Positions 58,812 through 64,000 of a stretch of DNA of 64,000 nucleotides are shown one piece after another. Position 1 is the first letter of the stretch. Every line of letters begins with the position of its first letter. Source of the stretch: a virus; IMG/VR virus record IMGVR_UViG_3300037483_000361, positions 1 through 64,000 of that record; one strand, 5' to 3'. The notes below the pieces were generated by a model. The model was given only the letters and a program-made list of their open reading frames with translations. It was not told where the DNA came from and searched no databases. A program made the translations under genes and the position numbers.

Positions 58812-59432
58812 TTACTCTCCATTATTAGGTAACTTGAGCGTTCCAGACGAAGCCCAGAGTTGCAGAATCGTTGGCGCTCGTGGCTTCAACTTCGTATCTA
58901 CGAGATACTTAGAAATCCATTCCGCGGTTTCTTTAGACGCTTTTCGCGTCTCGAAAAGTGCCGCAGTTTTAGCCTGTTCGTCAAGCTTGAAATACAAGTC
59001 TTCCATCTCAGACAAAAGATAGTCAGCCTTGATGTTATTACACTTGCGGCAGGCGGTGACAACATTAGTCCACGAAGTCTTGCCATTTCGTGTTTCTGGA
59101 ACGATGTGGTCACGAGTCAAATACTCGCCTGGCTCCAACTGCTTGCGCATACGACCACAGTACTGACACGTATACCTGTCCCGAAGGAACAAGTTACGTT
59201 GGGTCAGCTGCGCTGGTACCCTTGATGCCGGGTGACTCCTAATCATTTCCTTCATGCGAATCTGCGTTGGAAGTGGAAACTTCTTCGTTGCCGTTCGCAC
59301 GGAACCATTAGGGTGAGCTTCTGTAAGGAAGGCCCGGCCCTCAATAACGAGCCGAAGGCCCCGCTTAGCAGAGATCACGGACAATGGTTCATAGGATGTA
59401 TTGAGAACCACGCATCGCGTGTTTTCTAACAT
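58812..59432 (-). CDS. HNH endonuclease (McrA-like)
   Basis: VLNTSYEPL, RDRYTCQYCG, DHIVP and CRKCN..K motifs. Confidence 0.9.
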   Translation of the reverse strand: MLENTRCVVLNTSYEPLSVISAKRGLRLVIEGRAFLTEAHPNGSVRTATKKFPLPTQIRMKEMIRSHPASRVPAQLTQRNLFLRDRYTCQYCGRMRKQLEPGEYLTRDHIVPETRNGKTSWTNVVTACRKCNNIKADYLLSEMEDLYFKLDEQAKTAALFETRKASKETAEWISKYLVDTKLKPRAPTILQLWASSGTLKLPNNGE

Positions 59433-59453
59433 GAATTAACACTTTCTCCAAAC

Positions 59454-59765
59454 TTACTCGGTTTGAGTGTTGTGGATTACATCTTCTATCTTGATTTTCG
59501 TAAGTAAATCCCTGCACTTCGCCGCATCCTCATACATCTCTTGGGGAATAAAAAAGTCCATTGCTTGATCCAGAATAACTACAAATTCTTCTCGGCGAGC
59601 GGCAGCGCGGAACCCCGTATTCCCAAACCTGAACAAGTCTACTCGTGAGGCGTGTCGGGCTAGCCCCTTAGAAATTTCGGACATGATATACCGAAACATC
59701 AAGCCGCGATTATCCGTGAGAAATTTCTTAAGCGTGCCAGATGATGTAGTGGGAAGTGTTATCAC
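59454..59765 (-). CDS. Small protein with C-terminal UVR (UvrB/C) motif
   Basis: EMYEDAAKCRDLL; GTG start with AGGAGG RBS. Confidence 0.6.
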   Translation of the reverse strand: MITLPTTSSGTLKKFLTDNRGLMFRYIMSEISKGLARHASRVDLFRFGNTGFRAAARREEFVVILDQAMDFFIPQEMYEDAAKCRDLLTKIKIEDVIHNTQTE

Positions 59766-59769
59766 AATC

Positions 59770-60465
59770 TCAACCTCCTGTTTTCGTTCCGTTTTGCATA
59801 AATTCCTTCTCGTAGTTTGGATACATATAAAGTTCATTTATGTCTAGTATTCGACAGGTGCCAACGACGAGTGACCTGTGCATATGTCCACAAATCAGCG
59901 GCGGAAGTCCTAGGCGGCGCCAAAGAGTTTCAATAGCAACTGCCGATGGATCAATCCACGTTGCGGGATGTCCATAGTAAAGTAGTGTAGACTTGGTGAA
60001 AAATCCTTGCACGATTGAGTTTGGTGGTGCATGCGTCACCAACAAGTCTACATGATCAACGCCATCCATGCGTGCTAAGTCTGCATCGGTGATGACTTCC
60101 GCCGAGAACCACGACAATCCAGGCTGACGATACACCTTATCGATTGAGCTTGCCCCACCCATAAACCCGATTTTCATGCCCTCGATGTTGAGAACTGTTC
60201 CGCGTGGAACGTAAATCGCACCTTCCCAAAACTCAGTCGGAACTCGAATGCCGCTGAAATAGGGAAAGTATTCGTGATTGCCATCAATTACGTACATGGG
60301 ACGCTCAAACTTGAGCTTTTCCCATATACTGTCCCACAACTTATATGTGTATGGCCAGAAGCCAAAGTCTCCCACTTGGATCAACGTTGCGTCCCGCGGA
60401 ACATGCTCCAATATGCTCGGAAGCCATTCAAATCCTCCATGCAGATCACCAATAAAAACAAGCAT
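59770..60465 (-). CDS. Calcineurin-like metallophosphoesterase
   Basis: GDLHG, GDFG, GNHE, TH and GHMH motifs. Confidence 0.9.
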   Translation of the reverse strand: MLVFIGDLHGGFEWLPSILEHVPRDATLIQVGDFGFWPYTYKLWDSIWEKLKFERPMYVIDGNHEYFPYFSGIRVPTEFWEGAIYVPRGTVLNIEGMKIGFMGGASSIDKVYRQPGLSWFSAEVITDADLARMDGVDHVDLLVTHAPPNSIVQGFFTKSTLLYYGHPATWIDPSAVAIETLWRRLGLPPLICGHMHRSLVVGTCRILDINELYMYPNYEKEFMQNGTKTGG

Positions 60466-60468
60466 GTG

Positions 60469-60750
60469 TTATTGTCTTTCTGTCTTTCGTTTTGCCATTT
60501 TCTTATTATGACCGACAACATAATAGGTTCCAATTCCACTACCAAATGCGTAGGCAATGAGAATCAATATGTTGTTGCCACTTTCTGACCAAAGCGTTAA
60601 CGTAAGTGCGCTGGCGAGAAGGATAACGATGATATCCCACATTGCGGCGATGCGTTTACTATAGCTGGATACGGCGGCGAGATACTTGCCCCAACCCCAC
60701 GCTAATGGGATTCCTGCCAAAAATGCTAGAACTATCATCCAAATCAACAC
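60469..60750 (-). CDS. Small three-TM membrane protein
   Basis: Three hydrophobic helices, a basic tail and a GAGGAG RBS. Confidence 0.55.
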   Translation of the reverse strand: MLIWMIVLAFLAGIPLAWGWGKYLAAVSSYSKRIAAMWDIIVILLASALTLTLWSESGNNILILIAYAFGSGIGTYYVVGHNKKMAKRKTERQ

Positions 60751-60784
60751 TACATTGCTCCTCGCATGAGTCTCACCTTATTGA

Positions 60785-60813
60785 AATTTACTACATTTGT
60801 AGTCGTTTGTCAA
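60785..60813 (-). promoter_or_regulatory. Sigma70-type promoter
   Basis: TTGACA-17 bp-TAAATT. Confidence 0.6.
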
Positions 60814-60919
60814 GGGGTCTGACCGGGGTTTTGGTGTCCCTAAGTCCTTACCTGGCCTTACTATAAGTAGCAAGCCAGACGCAAACCTGGCGCATTCTGG
60901 CTACATTCGACGGATAGCA

Positions 60920-60956
60920 CCAAACGGCCCCGGGCCCTTACGAGCCACGGGGCCGT
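60920..60956 (-). terminator. GC-rich hairpin, likely terminator
   Basis: ACGGCCCCG-T-GGCTC-GTAA-GGGCC-CGGGGCCGT with only a short U tract. Confidence 0.5.
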
Positions 60957-60986
60957 GGAACCGACCACCATACAATTACAAGACAA

Positions 60987-61475
60987 CTACTCGACCGAGA
61001 GTTCTTCTGGCCCGGCCGATGAAACGGGATGGTCACCAGAATCGTCTCGGAATCGGCCGACAGTAATGCGTTGGTAAAGACGATGCTTACGCTTACGATC
61101 TTCCCACTCATCCTCATCAACTTCGTAATACTCATATGTCGTCTGACCGATGGCATGTGCAATCAACTGCAATGCATCTTCGATGTTCGCTACATAGAGT
61201 TCCTGAGTCGCACCGGCGAAAGACACCTTACCACCCGGCATTTCAACCATGTAGCCGCCACTGTCAAGACACAAAACGCTGATACGATCAATCTTCACCG
61301 GATGACGAACACGAACAACGCCGATGGTCTCTTCGTAAGAAGCGTTATCCCGAGGCGGAATAATCGGTATTTCGATCTTCCGCATCTCGGTGGGCGCATT
61401 CATCACGATCTTCGAGCTGCCCAAATCTTCAGGCTGCGCAACGATGGCGTTGGTCTCCGGTGCTACCGTTTTCAT
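60987..61475 (-). CDS. Hypothetical protein
   Basis: Start moved to MKTVAP (GAGGT RBS) so that it no longer overlaps the tmRNA. Confidence 0.5.
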   Translation of the reverse strand: MKTVAPETNAIVAQPEDLGSSKIVMNAPTEMRKIEIPIIPPRDNASYEETIGVVRVRHPVKIDRISVLCLDSGGYMVEMPGGKVSFAGATQELYVANIEDALQLIAHAIGQTTYEYYEVDEDEWEDRKRKHRLYQRITVGRFRDDSGDHPVSSAGPEELSVE

Positions 61476-61496
61476 AGTAACCTCTTTCGAAAATAG

Positions 61497-61843
61497 TGGA
61501 GCTGGCGGCATCGAAGCCGCGTCCAGCAAAAAATACAACCTTGACTTCTCCGTGCGCAGTCACCTGTAAAGGTTTCACGCTTGTAGAACAAATGACAAAT
61601 CTACTTTGCGTTATCCATCATCTGCAACAATATGACCGATGGCATGTCACACCGTTAGTCGGTTGTGCTGTCGTCCTAGCCTTGCTCCACGACTATCAGC
61701 TCAGTAGGACGGCTGCTAACGATTAAGCAGCGAGCTTAAGTGGTTCTGCACTTATCAGTTTGACACAGAGATTACGAGAGGTAGTGTCATCTCTCGGCAC
61801 GCTTCTCTCAGTTTACTTTAGCTGTCGAATCCAGTTCAGCCCC
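61497..61843 (-). ncRNA. ssrA: tmRNA; encoded tag AEPLKLAA*
   Basis: 5' GGGGCTGAACTGGATTCGAC; 3' GACGCGGCTTCGATGCCGCCAGCTCCA; G3.U alanine identity pair; pk1 (CGAGAG/CTCTCG, TGACAC/GTGTCA); tag ATAAGT-GCA GAA CCA CTT AAG CTC GCT GCT TAA. Confidence 0.95.
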
Positions 61844-61849
61844 GAGATA

Positions 61850-62305
61850 CTACTCCAACTGTTTGTCTATCATCTTCCACAGATTTTCAAACTCACCTTT
61901 CTTGTAAAGAATAGACTTAAACGTTGGGTGTTGCTTTCGATACATATTAATCTTTGCTCCTGCCGTGACGTTTGCCAACCGGTCACACAACTTCACAAAC
62001 ACCGCGGATTTGCTAGCCCGGATGCGTTGGAACGTTGCTTCTTTTGACTCACGATTGGAAACCAAGTCTACGATGTTTGCAATGTTGGAACCAAATTGCT
62101 GTTGAAGTTCTGCTTTGGTGACAGAAGTATCTTCAAGAACATCATGCAACCATGCGGCTGCTTGTTCATCAGTTGAGCCGCCAAATCGTCGAGCGAGCGT
62201 ATAGACTTGCGCGAGATGGTACGTATAGGGCGTCCCTACGCCGTATTGTTGGCCGCCGTGTGCTTTGATGGCGAACTTGGCTGCCTCTTTAATCACATCG
62301 TTCAT
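61850..62305 (-). CDS. Mesh1/SpoT-like HD hydrolase (small alarmone hydrolase-like)
   Basis: FAIKAHGGQ...PYTYH, AAWLHDVLEDT and VKLCDRLAN motifs. Confidence 0.88.
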   Translation of the reverse strand: MNDVIKEAAKFAIKAHGGQQYGVGTPYTYHLAQVYTLARRFGGSTDEQAAAWLHDVLEDTSVTKAELQQQFGSNIANIVDLVSNRESKEATFQRIRASKSAVFVKLCDRLANVTAGAKINMYRKQHPTFKSILYKKGEFENLWKMIDKQLE

Positions 62306-62307
62306 AG

Positions 62308-62381
62308 AGCTACCTCGGGGAGTTGAACCCCGGACCTCATCTTTACCAAAGATGCGCTCTGACCACCTGAGCTAAGGCAGC
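62308..62381 (-). tRNA. tRNA-Thr(GGT)
   Basis: Full cloverleaf; anticodon arm CATCT-TTGGTAA-AGATG; CCA not encoded. Confidence 0.93.
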
Positions 62382-62382
62382 G

Positions 62383-62458
62383 TAGCGGGGCAAGGAGTTG
62401 AACCTTGTACACCATTCACCTTATGAGGGTGATGAGCCGCCGTTGCTCGATCCCCGCG
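62383..62458 (-). tRNA. tRNA-Met(CAT), initiator-like, atypical
   Basis: CGCGGGG/CCCCGCT with a C1:U72 mismatch; GAGC/GCTC D-stem; TCACC-CTCATAA-GGTGA. Confidence 0.8.
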
Positions 62459-62476
62459 GCAATTAACCTGTATATA

Positions 62477-62550
62477 TGGCAGGGGTGGGATTTGAACCCA
62501 CGACCTCCGCATTATGAGCGCGGCGAGCTACCGGCCTGCTCCACCCTGCG
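62477..62550 (-). tRNA. tRNA-Met(CAT), initiator-like
   Basis: CGCAGGG/CCCTGCC with a C1:C72 mismatch; GAGC/GCTC D-stem; CCGCG-CTCATAA-TGCGG. Confidence 0.9.
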
Positions 62551-62555
62551 TCGAA

Positions 62556-62750
62556 TTAAATTCTATCGAACATTTTACTCATATCGTCAAACATCCGGTT
62601 CATATGATCGAACAACTTGTCCATTTGCTGTTCAATCACTCTTTGTTTTTCTGGCGGGAGCTTAACATCATTTGCTGATCCCATCTTCTTATCGGGTGAA
62701 TCCGAAATGGTCACGGTGACAGTTTTGAACATAGATGATGGACTCCTCAC
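62556..62750 (-). CDS. Hypothetical protein
   Basis: Fills a gap on the coding strand; start uncertain. Confidence 0.35.
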   Translation of the reverse strand: MRSPSSMFKTVTVTISDSPDKKMGSANDVKLPPEKQRVIEQQMDKLFDHMNRMFDDMSKMFDRI

Positions 62751-62776
62751 TGCCGCTAATGTCTGGTTAAGATTGA

Positions 62777-63067
62777 TTAGTTACTTTGACTAACTTTTTC
62801 GGGGTGCAAACTAACAGGGCAACACGGTTCAATACAAACGGATGCTGCTGCTTCGTCATGATATGTGGTAGTCTGCCCATTCCCCTTTACATCTTTGACG
62901 GTCGTCCTTAAGCGGCGACCGTCAGTTGTTGGACGAGTAATTTCTATAGTTGCTGTCTCTGATCCTACATTATATCCCATTGCTACGCGGACAGCAACAT
63001 CCCCTACATTTACGATGATTTGATCACCATCATCGAGATCGAATACATTTACCTTTCTTGTTTTCAT
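62777..63067 (-). CDS. Hypothetical protein
   Basis: GGGAG RBS. Confidence 0.5.
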   Translation of the reverse strand: MKTRKVNVFDLDDGDQIIVNVGDVAVRVAMGYNVGSETATIEITRPTTDGRRLRTTVKDVKGNGQTTTYHDEAAASVCIEPCCPVSLHPEKVSQSN

Positions 63068-63109
63068 ACTTTCTCCCTACGACATGCATGTCGCAGCGGA
63101 GTCCATCAG

Positions 63110-63193
63110 AGGAAGCAGTGGGACTCGAACCCACAAGACCTTGCGGTCATACTTGCTTTCGAGGCAAGCTCCTAATCCAGCCGGGTTACTTCC
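63110..63193 (-). tRNA. tRNA-Ser(CGA)
   Basis: GGAAGTA/TGCTTCC acceptor; CTTGC-CTCGAAA-GCAAG; long variable arm. Confidence 0.85.
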
Positions 63194-63845
63194 GTTCAAT
63201 TGCTAATCCGTTTCTTCTGACTCCTTTGCGTGACCAATGTTCATCATCTTCTTCAAGCACCTTGATGAATCCAGGCTTCACGATCTTCCCGCGAAAGTAT
63301 CCATGCTTTGCGTACCGCTTGACCACAACACCCTCGGCGAGAGCGCCATAAGCGGACTTGACCGGAACGATACTGTGAAGCTCATCCGCGGTGAACGCTC
63401 CACGGGCGACGAGCGGAACCATATGAAAGCCGTGCTCCTGGCAAAACTCTGCTCGTTCGTTGTAATTCAACCATGATCCATTATCCCGGATGTCAAATAC
63501 GAGAAAGTACTCGGGAAGGCGGTCATAGACGATGTGATGAACGGCATATAGCAATTCACCATAAATCAAATATCCCCCCGGGACACTCATGATGCGGTCA
63601 TAGGCGACTGTGTTTGCCCAATTGTAGAAGTAGTCAAACTGCTCGTGGACAGATGGGCCAACTAACGAGTTTCGCTTTTGGAGTGAGAATCCCTTAGAGT
63701 GACGAATGATGCCAGTATTGGAACCATCCATCTTCTCTTCGACAACCACTTCGCCGGCCAACAGTCGCTTGAACGTTGTGTTGTCCAAGTTGTATTTGCT
63801 GGTCACTGGAAAGACGTGATATGTCTTTTCATATTTTACGAACAT
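63186..63845 (-). CDS. RNA ligase (ATP-dependent nucleotidyltransferase fold)
   Basis: EEKMDGSN, YGE, VFDI, EGVVVK and GKIV motifs. Confidence 0.88.
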   Translation of the reverse strand: MFVKYEKTYHVFPVTSKYNLDNTTFKRLLAGEVVVEEKMDGSNTGIIRHSKGFSLQKRNSLVGPSVHEQFDYFYNWANTVAYDRIMSVPGGYLIYGELLYAVHHIVYDRLPEYFLVFDIRDNGSWLNYNERAEFCQEHGFHMVPLVARGAFTADELHSIVPVKSAYGALAEGVVVKRYAKHGYFRGKIVKPGFIKVLEEDDEHWSRKGVRRNGLAIERK

Positions 63846-63892
63846 GGCTTGAGCCTTTCAAGATAACCTCTAATGAACGCTAACTGCCAAGA

Positions 63893-63977
63893 CGGAAGCG
63901 GAGGGACTCGAACCCCCAACGGTGATTAGCCGTTACCAGTTTTCAAGACTGGGCCCTCATCCAGCCGGATCACTTCC
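63893..63977 (-). tRNA. tRNA-Ser(TGA)
   Basis: GGAAGTG/CGCTTCC acceptor; CCAGT-CTTGAAA-ACTGG; long variable arm; G73. Confidence 0.9.
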
Positions 63978-64000
63978 AGTCCGATATTTTTGAATCGCGT

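Noticed and set aside
61476-61538. CDS start inside the tmRNA 3' end
   Set aside because: A downstream ATG at 61475 with a GAGGT RBS explains the gene without overlap.
79-63476. Numerous plus-strand ORFs in the ORF track
   Set aside because: They are antisense shadows of well-supported minus-strand genes or RNAs, with no recognisable motifs.
63893-63977. Selenocysteine or opal-suppressor tRNA
   Set aside because: The anticodon is TGA (reads UCA, Ser), not TCA, and the fold is the normal 7/5.
61497-63977. tmRNA or tRNA as a prophage attachment site
   Set aside because: No integrase, no duplicated 3' fragment and no host-like genes are present; the RNAs appear to be phage-encoded.
1-64000. 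Stop-codon reassignment
   Set aside because: Conserved genes are full length in the standard code, and TAA, TAG and TGA all end genes.

Overview
This window is a 64-kb segment of a large T4-like (myovirus-type) phage genome, with every supported gene on the minus strand. In transcription order (right to left) it holds five blocks. (1) A translation and RNA-maintenance region: tRNA-Ser(TGA), RNA ligase, tRNA-Ser(CGA), two initiator-like tRNA-Met(CAT), tRNA-Thr(GGT), a Mesh1/SpoT-like HD hydrolase, tmRNA, a metallophosphoesterase, an HNH nuclease and a second HD protein. (2) A GT2 glycosyltransferase, a lysozyme-like protein and a gp55-like sigma factor. (3) A baseplate/tail block. (4) A resolvase, a primase and a fused SbcD-SbcC, followed by modular tail fibres. 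(5) A head block: terminase, portal, prohead protease, bS21, scaffold, major capsid, a GIY-YIG endonuclease and the neck protein. The strongest unexplained patterns are: putative capsid-cargo polyproteins whose domains are delimited by identical DNA direct repeats encoding protease-type cleavage sites; heavy [ST]-[GA]-S enrichment confined to outer virion proteins (a possible glycosylation sequon); a recurrent TACTTATA/TATGTATA upstream motif; two atypical initiator tRNAs; and a tandem TGTCAAC-N8-GTTGACA palindrome between fibre genes. All calls come from manual motif recognition; no database searches were run.
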